DNA of 64,000 bases from Trichoplax sp. H2 (GCA_003344405.1 NOWV01000117.1:124001-188000); one strand, 5' to 3'; positions 24,401-39,075 are shown, counted from the first letter of the stretch. Numbers and translations: made by a program. The notes: generated by a model from the sequence alone, not told the origin.

Positions 24401-27400
24401 GGAAACTTACAAAGTTTTGACTTAAATCACCCGTGGAAACTCCGTCAATTATCTAAATTTTCATAGACACTGCGATTCTTCTTTCACTAATTTCTTAAAT
24501 CGATAAAACAATTTTACCAAAGTGTTTTACAAGAAATGTTTAGTTTGAGAAACTGTAACCGTTGTATAGTTTATATAAATATTAACGTAAGGTACAGCTC
24601 TTCTACCATCGCGGTCAATAATAAACTTCTACATATCTCTTAGTATAAGCAATTTTTAATCACTATATTAATATATATCATCGAGATCTGTATTATTATC
24701 AAGAAATGACTCAGTTTAACCCTTTAATTACTTTAGATAATAACCCATTAATAATACATTTCCTATCACGCAATTTGTGCTGATAGATATTTACGCCCTT
24801 GAATTGGTTGACAGCTCAATCAGGCAACTACTGGTGTGAAGAAAGCGTGGAAATCATACATTTTATAGGTAGACATTAAGTAAAGCCATCATAGTTAATG
24901 TAACTCTTCAACACAGATATTGTACAAGTCATCTGTCGACTGCTGATGCATTTGCAAGACACAAGCTAGGCCTCGAGTAGTATACTGGACTATATACTGT
25001 AATGTAACAGCATATAATAAAATTTCCATTACTACTTTACACAGAAATGGAGTACCATACGTTGTTCGGACATTAAGAAAGATCTTAAAATCGTTTAATA
25101 TATTATTTTGTCGCTGAGAATTTTCTCATATTTAATAGTCAAAAAGACAAGGGAGCCAATATTCGATACTGTATGCCAACAGTGGCTTTTCTTCACCTGA
25201 TTTCACGCAAAAATCTCAAAACAATTATCTGTTGTTGCCATTACTTGTAGCCCTATTACAGCTCATCACTTGATTAATTTCATTCATGATAATTTATGGT
25301 TAGTAAATATTGCAGAATACACGAGTATGTCATCTGTCAAATTCTTCTTACATTATAGAGAAATTCATCGCCAGTTCTCATGATATTTATTGCTAAATTG
25401 AAGCCAACGATTGACTGGGATAATTAATTTGCGATGTTAACGTTGAAATACCGTCTGTTAGTCGTGGCTAGTAATACTGATGTGCATATTCCTTAAATCT
25501 TACTAATAATTGAAATGCTGCTCTAACGCAAGTTAGGCGTCGATGACAGAATAAAAATGTTATAAGGTCTTAAATGTTAAACATTCTTTTATAATATTGC
25601 ACACATGATAGGTAGCTAGATCACTGAGTCGTTAAGCATTTAATTAAATCTGCGCAATATTCTATCTTACGATCTCCAACCTTAATACGGTGTTAAAACA
25701 ATTATACTTTTAATTTGGAGCTCAAAATATTAAGTGAACTTTAAAGCATTGATGAACTGTGTTTAGCAAACATTATAGATGGAAAATGATAATTAATGCA
25801 ACGCTAATGGTTTGAAATATACTTTATCTCTATATTTTTATTCATACTAAGCAATCACTGAAATTGCGCTATACAAGGTCAATGAACTATGTTTAACAAA
25901 AGTCATACACGAGAAATTATAATTGATGAAATACCAATGGATTTGAGATGTATATTATTTTTTTTTTGCATTTTATGCAACATAAGAAATCGTTTCACTA
26001 TAGAACGTCATTTTGGGTGCAGATTAGTAAACTTAGTACACTGTGATATACTGAACAGGCCTTGTAGAATAAGCTATATCAGAGGATAAAAATATCGAAT
26101 TAGCAAATTGCAATAATGTTGTTCTGAAGTTAATTGTTGCAAAATTTTTATAAATTTTAAGAATACCAGCCCTATATGAAATTTGAGGAAAATATTTGCA
26201 ACGAACGGTAGTATTTAAAATCTAAGGCTAGATGGCTAATCATTTTCATCGTGGCCGTCGTTAACTTTGTAAGCAGTGGAAAAGTGTACTTTTTGCGAGC
26301 ACAGATGCCTTATGCAAGGTGAGATACGTAGAGACAGTGCGATTATGAAGTAAACAAAGATAGACCTAAAATAGGCTATTAGTTGCTAACATAGGACAAC
26401 AATTCCTCTCAAAATAGGGCCCCTCAAATAAGCAATAATGATTTTAATTCTAGTAACAGTTTGCAAGCAACTTATGAAATTGAACTATAATATAACATAC
26501 GATGCTAATTCTGTATATTTTGTATGATCTAGGGATCTTATAGAAATAACTATCAACTTGAGTCTACAAATATATTGAAAATTGAAAAGATATTTACATC
26601 AATGATTACAATTACAGTTCAATTAAATATCCTTTTTCATTCTCTTTGTAATTTTAATTTTATGAAATTCAAGTACATCTGCATGTATAGTATCTTGTAA
26701 GCATTGTTGAACTTGACATTCGCGTGCAGCTATTTTAAATACTATAGTCCATTAAATATCGGTCCATTTTATTTTTAGACATGTACAGTAATAATGTACA
26801 AAGATAAGTAAAGTTATTTTAACACTTTAGATAGTTCATGATTAATTCCATTCTTGTCAAAAACTTATCTTTTTATCTAATCTCTCTAATTGCATTAGAA
26901 TTACCGATGATTTCATGATTCTTTTCTAAATTAAATCTATAATCAAATTTTTACAATGTATGCGATAATTAAATAATATAATTTATTACGTATTTCTACG
27001 ATGGATAACTAACTCAATAAAAACCTATATTCGGTCTCAAAATGTCTCGTGTTAAACGCAGTGAAATCTATAATTATGTTAACGTTATCAAATTATATGT
27101 AACTGCTGTTAGATAGAGATTTACTTTTTTCCCTGTTGGTGTAATAATATTTATGGCTTATTGCGAGTTTCTGATTGGAATGTTTTTGATTTATAAGCTC
27201 AGGACCATCTATGATGAATCTGACCATGCAACCAGATTATAGAATCTTGTATAGCGTAGTAGTAGTAATATTTCTAAGCTAATAAACCATCTAAGCTGAT
27301 AAGCGTAATTGCGGCAGCTGCACCGGTAAGATTCACTGATTTGTTAAACATGTAATAGGGAGATATAATGAATAGGTAAGAAATTAATCCTAACTAACTG

Positions 27401-30400
27401 CGCTTACGAATATGATTAGCCCTAGTGAGATCGTTGAGTTATGTCAGTCTTAAATTGGTGGAGAATAAGATTTTGTTTACGTAAAAGGAATATCAAATTT
27501 ATTTGAGTTTAAAGAATAGCAAGTTCAATAAGATAAATTATAAAAGGAAAAGATACTAGGTTAAGTAGCAATCCTGGTTGCATACGGCATACACTCGAGT
27601 GAAATTACTTTGGTTTAGTAGCGGCTCTATATAATTATACAAAAGATAGCCATAGATCAAAATACTATATATAATCTTACCTATTAGTGAAATCGAGATA
27701 ATTTTGCGTTTTTGTTCGAATGTCCTAGATTTAAATACTTCGATGATTATCTTTTAATGGCATTTACAATTTGGCGTTTATGACAGATTTTGAGCATGTC
27801 GTGATATTTTTGCTTGATTTTGTATCATTATCGAATAGGTCAAATAACTTACAATCAGTGTTTAGCCTTATATTATAATTGGTTAAAATTTTAAACCATC
27901 AAGTAACAATCCACTTCCGATGACGTCAGATTGAAACTAAAACTTTTTTACATATAGGGAAAAGATTTAAAAAATGCATTGTTTTCACTATAGACTAGAT
28001 TATACTACAGCCAAAACAACGTGCCTTACTATAATTTTAAGTATAGATCATTCCTTACTAATAAAGCCGAGTTACGATGGTATATCAAGATAGCTAAGGT
28101 AATATTAGCAAAATGGAAGAGCTATGACTGTAGAATTACAGCTCAAGATTATTTTATACAGTGTTATCCATGAAATCAACCAGAATTAATCTAGATAATT
28201 GCTGTATCGTACGCAATAATAAACCTTAAATCTTCTAGATCGAAATCCCCGGAAAAATAGACATAGAGTACTATTACGGTTATTTATAAGTTAATAGCGT
28301 AGAAGCAAAATAAAAGACTCTTTCTTTTACCTGCAAAAATGAATTATTACCTGTACCATAGCAGAGCATGGTAGAAATATAATTTACGGATCAATAAATG
28401 TGTAATGCTCGTATTTGCATGCTGTGTAAATGTTATTAAGATATAACACCCTTGTAATCTAACAAAGTACATTGTTACTGTGCTAAATAATGGAAGCGAC
28501 ACATTGTAATTGAATAAATATATGCAGTTGTTGATTAGTTTCAGTAAATATTATGTAAGTAATATATTTCAATAGCACCTGCATAAATAGGAAAGACTAG
28601 TTCCATTCAGTATTCAAGAATAAATCTAATTATCAAGCACCATTTAGTCATTATATGTTGATAAAACTTTTTTGTGATGCTTCTTTGCTACTTCCATTAT
28701 TATTAATAAATTATCAAAATATCACAGGAACTAACTTTGCTGTATGTTTTGATTTTTAATACGGAGCTGAACTCTTATTGATGTTTAATTAACGGTAAAG
28801 CTAAGTAATTTTGGGGTCTGGAATTTCTCCAAGGTTTTATAATCTTGATAGCATTAGTTGGCAGCTTGACATCTTAACGAACAATATTGAATCAGCTGGT
28901 TGTCGACTTGTGAACTACTATAACTTCCACGTTATGGTCTAAAATGTTACTATAGTCTTTAATAATTTTTAGCTAGCGAATTCTCAGGACCTGGTTTGAT
29001 GATGTCCTGCTGAGACGGAAATTATGAATTAATAAATTACTGTAGCATTCTGATGTTTTTATTGTACGCGAATATAAGTGACTTGATAACTGCATTCTTA
29101 GAATGATCATTTGTTTAATATCCTTCTTGAAGTAGAGGTTAACAATAAAGGTAATCTTGACAGAAATGATGCCGAATAATGGCGAATTTATTATTGTAAT
29201 TTACTATATTCATTTATTTATGTGGAATTTCTCTTTCTTTAACTATTGTAGCATTAAACTGATCTTTTTCGATAATATGAGTCGATTTAATCAAATGCTA
29301 TAGTGTAAGTTAATATTATGAGTTACGATTGTTATGGAGTAATATATTTTATGAATTAAGTGCTAATTTTGTAAAGATAAAATTCGTGACTTTTAGGTTT
29401 TGAGTACGAATTTTATCTTTGGTAATCCTTGACTATTTTACTAGGCCGGTGTTAGCTTCTATACGCTAGGCACGCAAATGGCCTAGCGTCCATAACTACG
29501 CTATTCTACACTATTAGCTGATTTACTAAATTTACTACACTACTGTATAAATACAGTATGTATGGATATAGTAGCTAATGTTAGGGTTAAAATCTAATGA
29601 TTATCATGAACGAGGCTCATTGATGTATCGGAGATTTACTCCTAATTTAAATAATTTTGGTTGGAATCATGGTAAGGAATTCTCAATCTGAGTCGAAAGA
29701 ATAATTCCGGAAATCTCAAGTTTATGTCATGGAGGGCTAATCGTCGCTTTCTTACAATTGCAGCGATTCGGTTTACATTGAAATTATTGCTTTCAAAACA
29801 ATCTAATGGACAATCTTAGTGGAGTTCGAGTTATCACTCATTCATGAACTAGAATCATAAAGTATGCAATATCTGCGCGTTATATCGAAATATTTGGTGG
29901 CTACCTAATAAGCTATTAGAAGGATGCTGAAATAGCATTACTATCAACACTACCTGGTTTTAGTCAGTCCTGAAGTTCCAGCTATAAAAATAAAAAAGCA
30001 TCTAAATAACTTTTTTGTCAATAGATAACGAATACGCAAGCATGAATTATTAATCGTGAAATTTATGCCTTCGTTACTATAAAATATTTACGAACATGTG
30101 AACGAAAGATCGGTAAAGTAATTGCTGTATCTAGTAATTTTTACTATTATTTCTATATTAGATTAGAAACTAAATAATTATCCTGTTCAGAAATAGCATT
30201 AACAAATCTTGATATTACTTACGATTCATCGTAACAATTTTAGCCATACAAACTCTTTTTATCTATTTTTTCTATAATAGAAAATATTGGAGCCTAACTA
30301 GTATCCAGTATACATAACGAAGAAAATATTTCACATTGCAATGATTTCTTTTTCGATAAAACACACCATTTTCTTAATTATTTTGGGCTCTCAGTACTCC

Positions 30401-33400
30401 CTAATATAAGATATCTGCTGATCTTAAAAAGATATTTCGGATTTTTGGATGCTTAAGATTGAATTTTTTGGCCTTATTTTCTAAAAATATTATATCCTGT
30501 GATGTACTATCATTATGCTAAAAGTCATTGACGACGTTGAAAAGAAATCCAGTCAGTTCTAGATACCATTTAATTTGAACGTAATTCATTTATTTAAGTA
30601 TATGCTGCTGGTATCTAGTACTTTGAGCATTAAATATGTAAAACTGATAGTATTTTTAACCATTTGTTGCTACCGCAATTGCTCAAGTGAGTTGATAACT
30701 TTGCTATATACTTTTATTAGTATCAGTATCACTAATGATAATATCTTACTGTTTATGGTATTTCTAGAAAACCGTAGCTACTGCATATTTATAAATGTAA
30801 GTTAAATTTACAATCAATATTTATCCACTAATCAAGATTAAGTAGTTCTTTGAAATGTATCACATACTTTATCTGCGAGTATATTCAAATATCCTTATAC
30901 AGTAGGATAATCCAAGTCAATATCAAAATTACGTTAGCGATGTACTGCACAGTTATTAAATCACAACATGCTACTCTATTCATTATTTTATACTTCAATA
31001 GGTATTCCTTTCTTAATAGTTTTGGAAATTTATTTGATATAATTAATTAGAAGCTATAGATGAGTTGTCTATTCCAATTTAAAGTTCAAAGGGTGTTTTA
31101 CAAATTTGTTTAAGTTGCTTTTAAGATATTAAGCCAACCCTAGGATTTTATGTCTCTATTTTTAGCAATCAGTCTACTATGGCTCATTTTACCACTACCG
31201 GCAATTTCATTATGCAATTGGATAAATTACTAGATATAAGAATAACTTTTTAAGAGCTTTCATACTCTCTCTTATGTAGCTCTATTATGTATGTCGAATA
31301 CAGCGATCTATTATGTATGCCGAATGCAGAAATAACCTTATGTAGTAGCAATCATTTATGCTTTTGATCATATATTCTATGGCGACCATTTCTGGTAACT
31401 GGCAATCATCTTCAGATATCGTATTAATAATATATCTTCCCTATTTGTTTACTACAGTAATATGAGCCATAGTAATATAACACAGGAGGGGTTAAAGTCA
31501 CGATAGAGGCTTAAACTATAATCCTAATTAGCCTTTTCTTACGTTATGGTACCTTTTCTAATTTCTAAGTATCTTAATTTTCTTAAAGATCTATAATCCT
31601 TTACCCAACAAATTTATAGTTTATTGCATTACTGAAGCTGTATAGATAGTAAAAATTTTTCATGATTTCGTGCGGTTTCCTTACTAATCTAGAGTCAATA
31701 AGTCAAAAGGTCTATACTGTTCAAGTAGTAAAATTTTCTTCGTCTTATACACTCTTTCCTATTTTTATAGATAGGTATTCCTATAATTAATCTGGAGTAC
31801 AAACAAAGCATTACACGATATACCGTAAATTTTTACCAAAAACTGCCTCAATTGGTACCCCTATGCTTGTATGGTTCGCGCTTGAGTTGGCCAAAGTTGA
31901 TCAAGCTTTTGGAAATAGGAAATTATCGCGTAGAAAATCATTGCCATTGGTATAGGATATTGAATGCTGAGTAGTGGCTGATAAGTTCATGCGAAATGTT
32001 TCTTAATAACTAAATTAAACATTCTTACGGTGATATCTGATATTCTAGATCTTGTAGTTATCGGAGTAAGTGATAATACTCTGGCAGATTTCACATAATG
32101 CATTTCATAAATTGCTACTAACAAACGGTCACGTTGGCAGTTGTTTAAAATTATTAATATCGGCTTATTTTTCCAACAGAGTTGCTAGAGTATCCACAAA
32201 GTAGCTTGACTCTTACACGATATTCAACCTAGTTTGGATTGAAGTATCGGATTTTCTAATTGCAATATATCAATCTACTCTTCCATTTCGTCATTCTTAA
32301 ATGAAGAATATGCCAGTAGCAATTCTTCTATACTAATTTCATTCTAGACAGAAGTGTAACTATTGATATGAATCATTATTTATGCTATGCACTATTGTTA
32401 TTAAAGAGTTTCAACTTTGTCTCTACTTTATATATCTAACTCTTATAGAAATATGTATATACATAGTATAAAGGTAGATAAAATACTATCATAATTATCA
32501 AATATCGTCACTATACAACAACTTAAATATACAGTATTCATCCTAACCACCCTTACTTTTACCTCATAATAAGTAGTCGCTAAAGCGGCCTTAACGTTGA
32601 AATCTCGATATTTATTGCTAAATAACAAAGCATATTCTATAAGCCAGTTGTATGGTGAAGATTTACACGAAATGAAATTGATGATAAATTCTACTTTATT
32701 TGAAATCACATGTCATGAAAAATGAATAAATGCTAGGAAGGAAAGATAACTCAAATTATATCCAAAAAGATATTATGCTACTTCAAATTGTAACATGTCT
32801 ATAAATACCGGTTTGCACTTGCTTGATATGCGTACGGCGATAGTACAGTACAAATATATAGAAGTTATAGCACTTTAATGTAGTGTATAGACTCTCCTAA
32901 CTTTTAATTATCATTATACAGAGCAACGCCTTAATTGATCGTATGTTCCTATAGCGCAGTAGAATAGTGTCCATGATGGAAAAATTATTACTAATGTATA
33001 AATCAGGTAATACACTTATATCTATTCAGTTAAGAGTTACTGACAGAAATACTGTAAATTATTCTATTAGATTAGGAGAAACTGATTTACCGAGATGATT
33101 AGTATATTCATGAAATTGATTTCATTATTTGCGCTAAGTGATTTGTAGTAAACTTGAAAACAAGATTGAAATATTATCCTGACGCTTAAAAATGTAATAT
33201 GATTTCGCTGGCTTTTTTCCATTTTCTCATAAATTAACGTATCTTGTTGTGTAATGCATTAATATCCATGGAATAAAAATTTAAGCGATTGAATATTCTT
33301 TTATATAGGATAGGCATTAATAGTATCTCAACTGTTGAAGAATGCAATCGGCAAGGTATTAAATTAAATTACAGACTTTCTTCCTTTCTCGAAATGGATT

Positions 33401-36400
33401 AGATGATGGTGGAATCTTGTTTAACATTGGATCATTGCATGCTTCTTTTTCGCAATATTTCTTAATGCTGCCATTAAAAATAGTAAAGCATTAATAATTA
33501 AGGCTGTAGTGAGTCAGTGTTTCTGTTAATAAATATAAAGTCAAATCTTTTTCAATACCCTCTATATTTAATGCATTAACATTTAAATATTGTCAATAGC
33601 AAATATCTTGGCGTATGTACTCTTGCAATAGGTAATAAATCAGAAATAGTCACAACAATTTAGCCTTATGATACTGACTATATTACAATATAAACGATGC
33701 TTAAACTATAAAGTACTATAGTGTATGTAAACAGTTTCAAATATATTGAATTCCCCTACGTGATTCTGTTATAATTAGTTCTGCTCTAGCCATTATCTTA
33801 GGAGATTGTTAAATTCGTACGACTAAATGAATTTTAAAAGATAAGCTGGATCAAGGAGAAATCAGAAAGGTAGTTACAAGAGTAAGCAAGCTTTCATAAA
33901 AGTGAACAATATGACAGTTATGTCACAAGAAGGAGAGATTAAATAAAAGTTGTGTATCGTATCAATCAAATAATTCATAATATCCACTAAAGATTATCAA
34001 TCTGTTGTTTCTTTTAATAGTATCTTAGCAGAGTTATAAAGTTATGCAAAATAGTCGATAGTACCATACAAAACTAATTGATTCTATCTAATTTATCAGT
34101 TTCTCACTAGAGCCTTTAGCTGGCCAATTTTAAGAGCTAGTCTAAAACGTATCTGAATAGGCCATATTTAATCGGATTGGTAGATGAAATTGGCATCAGC
34201 AGATACTGACTAAAGAGTTCAAAAAGAGCATGATTATGATTTAAATGATATCACTAGCAGATAGATTAGATCATCATATCACAATCAAATCTTATGAGAA
34301 ATTAGAGTAAACAACAAAATCACTTATAGTATTATAGACATTCTTAAACTGAATAAAAAATTCACTACGGCGTATTTTAAAGAAATTGAAAATCTTTCCA
34401 CATGTCAGGCGATGATACATGTATAAGCTATTTTTATGTCATTCATAAGTATTATTTGGATTACTTTTAGGCAGTTCTTTCTTTGTAATTGATAGTATTT
34501 AAGGACTGAGATATAATAAAAGTCTAGCGCTTCTTTTTCTTTTTTGTGAAGTGCCGCGAAATATTTGTTGAAATACAAAAGTGATGAAATTCGGAAATCC
34601 TAGCGAATACTAGTGTGAGAAAAATTTAAATTGGCAGCAGCTTCCTGTAACAAATGGTGTCCATTGAGGACTGCTATAGTGATATGGAGTACTTGACAGG
34701 AGTCATATGAAGATATTTTTATAGGCATAAGAACATGTAATTTTAATTGCAATCAGTCCGTTCTATTCCAAGGTATTGCAACTACTTTTTTTATTAATAT
34801 CTCTAAAATATTTTCAGTGTGATCGCTATTTTAGAAATTTTAATAAAATAGTGCTTGAATTTATTTTGGTTGTTAAAAAAAATATGTTGGCCAGTCTAGA
34901 AGATGTATGTTAGCATGGAAACAAAGCCTTTACAGTAGCTATTTCTTATTTGCAATGAATCTTTTTTTTAGGTGGGGGGAAAGACATTAATACTATAGTT
35001 AAGAAAATACGAATAGATATTCAGTGTGTATCGTCTAATAGATATCCTTACTTGTTACTAGCTGTTGCAATGCTAATTCTGTTTATGTTAAATTCTCGCT
35101 TCAATTGTTCTATCATTTTTTTAGCATCATCAATTTTATGTTCGTTGCTAATACTTGCTGGCATGATGGAGTGGATGGCGCTGAACTGAGAGACGGAATA
35201 ATCTATAGCTTGATGAGTTTACTGTCTTTAAAGTGAGAAAAGAAGAGGCTGGGAAAAGCAGGAAATTGAGTAAACAATAGGGTATTATATCTGTCTTGGG
35301 AGCAACAATGAAATGAAAATTTGTTGAAGTATTTTTATTGCAGGTAAGTTCTAAAGGAAAACTAATTGGTTGCTACGTAATCGTAACATTGAAGGATCGC
35401 TCTGCTTTTCTATCATATTATGCATAAAATGAATAGAAATGGTTACAGGCTTTTGTTACTAGCTAAAATGTTAATTAAGTTGATATATTCAAAAACAATA
35501 TTGAACTGGTGATGCTTTCGCAATTTGACTATGCATATTCGTAGAATTTGTAAATTTGGCTGGAAATTACCCCCAAAACAAAATAAATTACGTACTGAAA
35601 GCAGAATAATAGCAAAATGTAATACTTTCTATTTCAATCTCATAATGCATGTGGTCGGTATCTTTTGACTAAGTTGATAATTACTGTGTAGGGTTAAAAG
35701 GTTTGTTTGACTAGAAGTGATTGTTCTTTATTTTTTAATTTCATTCGGGTATTGTCTACATTCACTATCATGCTTGTAGGGGAATAACTGGTGATAGAAT
35801 CAATCATTAAGATGGGTAGCCATGGAATATCGAGTCATCTCTTATCGCATGGGGAAGATTAAGTAGTACAGTACTGTAGCATCGATAATAGAATTAATTA
35901 AAATGCAGCAACGGCCTATAAGGAACATAGGCAATTGTTAGAAGAAGAGATTGAAGATTTTAATGTGAAGGATACTGATATTGAGACAGTGTGCAAATAT
36001 CATTTCAAATTTCTGCCAGATTGGCTAGAATGACCAGTCGATTTACGATTACACTTTCGCTATCGTTTATGAACTAATATAAGAATGCAATGCAAGTTGA
36101 AGTTGGGTAGACAATATTGAATACTATGTCATAATAAACTGCAATAGAATCGTCTTATATGCGTCTTGTCGGCGAATAGAAATATTGGATAGTGGCAGAA
36201 TCATCGGAATGAATTGTTTCTTCATACGATAGCTATAAGCGTCATTGAGGATTAGTATCGTGAGATTTAGCGTCTAAGAGTAGGTCTGGTTTGTGAATAG
36301 ACATGAATAGATGCAATCAATGGCGACCGTACATCGTTGATTGCTTAGTGTTATAGCATTTTATAGATAGTTTTTCACGACATGTAGTAAATAAGGCAAA

Positions 36401-36944
36401 GTCATTCGATAAGACAGCTGGATCGAATTTCGCGACTATGCTCAAACATACAGGTGATAACGGTGTAATAATGACAGTAAAGGATAGTAAAGAATCGCTT
36501 TGAAACGAAAAGGAATTGTTATTGCTAGAACATTCTGAATATCAAATTAATAATTTCCATGAAAGTCAGTGGACTAGAGCCTATTGAGGATATTTTATAG
36601 ATATTCTCTCAGATACTAAGTGAAAAAAAATAAGTATAGTAATGGGTCAGTTGATCAAAAATACGATATATTGAAATAGCAATATCCAAATGCTGCGCAC
36701 CTTTTTTCATTTTACAGTAGGTTATAAAAATTGTCTATGATACGATAAGAGTCTATTTCGAATAACAGAAGGTAATTTCGAACTCAAGTATCATTAATCG
36801 GTTTTGGTGTTTGGAGAGAATGCACAAGGCACAAGTTTTGGTGAAAGCCATTAGGATATTTATTCATATTTCTCTACTACGACCGAATATAGAGTTAATT
36901 CGATTCTGAGGAAGAGCTAGATTTTGAAAATACTATCCATCGGC

Positions 36945-37420
36945 TTCTATACCGATTTATATTCGTTTTCTTTATTTATCATACACATACGAGTATATTA
37001 TTAGTACAGCACATGTTATTTCTTGTCCAGCCATCTATTAATACTACGTAGAATAACCGTTCATTGACTACCGTAGCCCATTCATTATTGGCGTCATGAA
37101 TGTTGTCCATTCAAAGAAATACTCCTAGGCTAACGAAAATGCTACAGTGCCGATTTGTATGCGTTTCTTCATTTATCATTAGAACATGCCATTTCTTGTC
37201 CAGCAACCCCATTAATACAGTGTCAAGTGACTATTGATTGACTGGTCATTAATGATTAGCGTAATGAACGTCGTTCTTTGGAAGGAGTTGCTAAACGAAA
37301 GCGCTACTGTGCCGGATCGTATATGTTTCTTTAATTACTAATGTCATGACCGTCGTCAACTGCAAGCAATGGCTAGACGAAAAGACTACAGCACTGGTTT
37401 ATGTGCGCTTCTTAATTCAC
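36945..37420. repeat. Degenerate tandem repeat, unit about 170 bp, 2 full copies plus partial copies
   Basis: Recurring blocks ATTTCTTGTCCAGC (about 37018 and 37190), GCGT(C/A)ATGAA, and ACGAAA..GCTAC(A/T)GTGCCG..TGTTTCTT (about 37133 and 37295, diverged at 37377). Confidence 0.7.
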
Positions 37421-38083
37421 CTTCAGCTAAAGTAATGCGCGTGTTAATACTCCACCGTAGTGTCGTGGTATGTGTTGTTCACTCTAACTTGTAACTACTG
37501 TAATTAGGTGAAATTATTACGAGCAGTCAATAACCGGTTCGTGCTGTGTGCAGGAACTGTTTATTAGGCCATCCAAGAAAGATGGCAATTACTGCATTGT
37601 TCATAAAATAGTACTTCGCAGATCCACTTGATCTTCCAGACAAATTAGTTTTTATTCTGCATGAATCTAGCCATTGAATTCATTGAAGTCTACAGTATAG
37701 TATCGCACGATTGAAGACACCTGCGTTACTTCGTTTTGCACACGCTTTCCAACACTGGCCAGTGTCTTGCAAAGTCAACAGGAAACCCGACTGGAAAGTG
37801 AGATTCGGCTTAAGAATTTCTATGGTGATACAGCGTATGTATAGCGATTGCAGTCATTTCGGGTTCGAAAATCAATTATTTGATCGAGTTCGGGTGGCGT
37901 TTTCACTCCATTGCAGAACTCTGCTGTACTGTAGACCGTTCACATTTTAACTTAATGTTTCAGAATGACATTCCTTTGCCATCCAGTTGAAATGTTAAGT
38001 GAAAGGACGAATCTTAGTACTATAGTACTATGAGTATGAAGGTTTATTACCCCAACAAGAGGAAATTTACTTGGAAATTTTCA

Positions 38084-38216
38084 ATCCTTCAAGTTCAATT
38101 CGAATTGAAAGATTGTCCTCTAGTCCGTCAATGTCGCGTCCATTTTTATCCTTCAAGTCCAATTCAAATTGAAAGATTGTCCTCTAGTCCGTCAATGTCG
38201 TGGCCATTTTTATCCT
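38084..38216. repeat. Two tandem copies of a 64-bp unit
   Basis: ATCCTTCAAGT(T/C)CAATTC(G/A)AATTGAAAGATTGTCCTCTAGTCCGTCAATGTCG starts at 38084 and 38148; a third ATCCT starts at 38212. Confidence 0.92.
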
Positions 38217-38229
38217 GACGAGTATATTA

Positions 38230-39075
38230 CCAGCGTACAGTGTACTGTACGAACGAATAGTATTATACTGTACAGTACTGTACGTTTAATACTGTACCGG
38301 TACAGACATTTCCATTGATATTGTGTGTTTGCGCTAACTGGATATTTCCTGTGGATTACATTGCGTTCTAAGTGTGAACGGCGCACGTAGAGAAGCCGCC
38401 GTTTTTCAATCCAAGAAAGAGAGGGTAGAGTTAGTAGTTAGTTTTATAAAAACTTCAACGACGTGTTCAATTTCTTGTCTGCATGCTCATTGAGAGTAGT
38501 AAGAACTTTCAATACAGTTGTTAGTATGAACTCTAGATCGTAATCCACAACCAAGACTGTACTGTATAGTACTGGCTGTACTACACACTAGCTAATGTAC
38601 CAGAGAACTTGGCAGAGAAAATCACAGCTCCATCCATACAGTACGTACTGCAGTTGTGGACTTGTGCTAATGCATACTGACAACTATTTAGGATGAAACT
38701 TTTGCGGGTGACTTCATCGACACATACGACCGTACGGTACTGAACAGCGACCGAGGGAAGCAACCATATTACTTTACATCGTACAGTAGAACACTGAATA
38801 GAGAATACCTGACTGAGCACCAGTATACTCGTGTAACTTGCAGTACGGTACGGTATAGTACGGTACGGAACGAGTTTCGACGATGACGTAGTTCTATGTT
38901 ACCGTGTGATTCATGCCATCCGTTTAGTGCACAGTGTACAGTACACTGCGATGTACTGTACAGTACTGTACTGTACCGTACCGTACTGGTCGATAAATCA
39001 CTTCAACGTGATTACAGTATGCAGTACTGTACACTGTGTACTGATTGCGTACATGGACCGTGACGTATATACAGT
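38230..39075. repeat. CAGTA/TACTG (and CGGTA/TACCG) pentamer-rich tract upstream of VPS28
   Basis: Dense clusters such as TACTGTACAGTACTGTAC (about 38266), CAGTACGGTACGGTATAGTACGGTACGG (about 38841) and GTACTGTACAGTACTGTACTGTACCGTACCGTACTG (about 38953). Confidence 0.75.

Noticed and set aside
27912..27928. ETS-like ACTTCCG next to a perfect CRE, TGACGTCA
   Set aside because: A single short motif pair with no nearby gene start, plausible by chance in 64 kb.
31283..31328. Short direct repeat CTATTATGTATG(T/C)CGAAT(A/G)CAG, two copies
   Set aside because: A simple local duplication with no further structure.
19730..32709. Scattered 60-90 aa ORFs in the gene-poor stretch
   Set aside because: Their I/L/F/Y/N-rich composition is what random AT-rich DNA produces; most start at TTG or GTG and they form no consistent exon chain.
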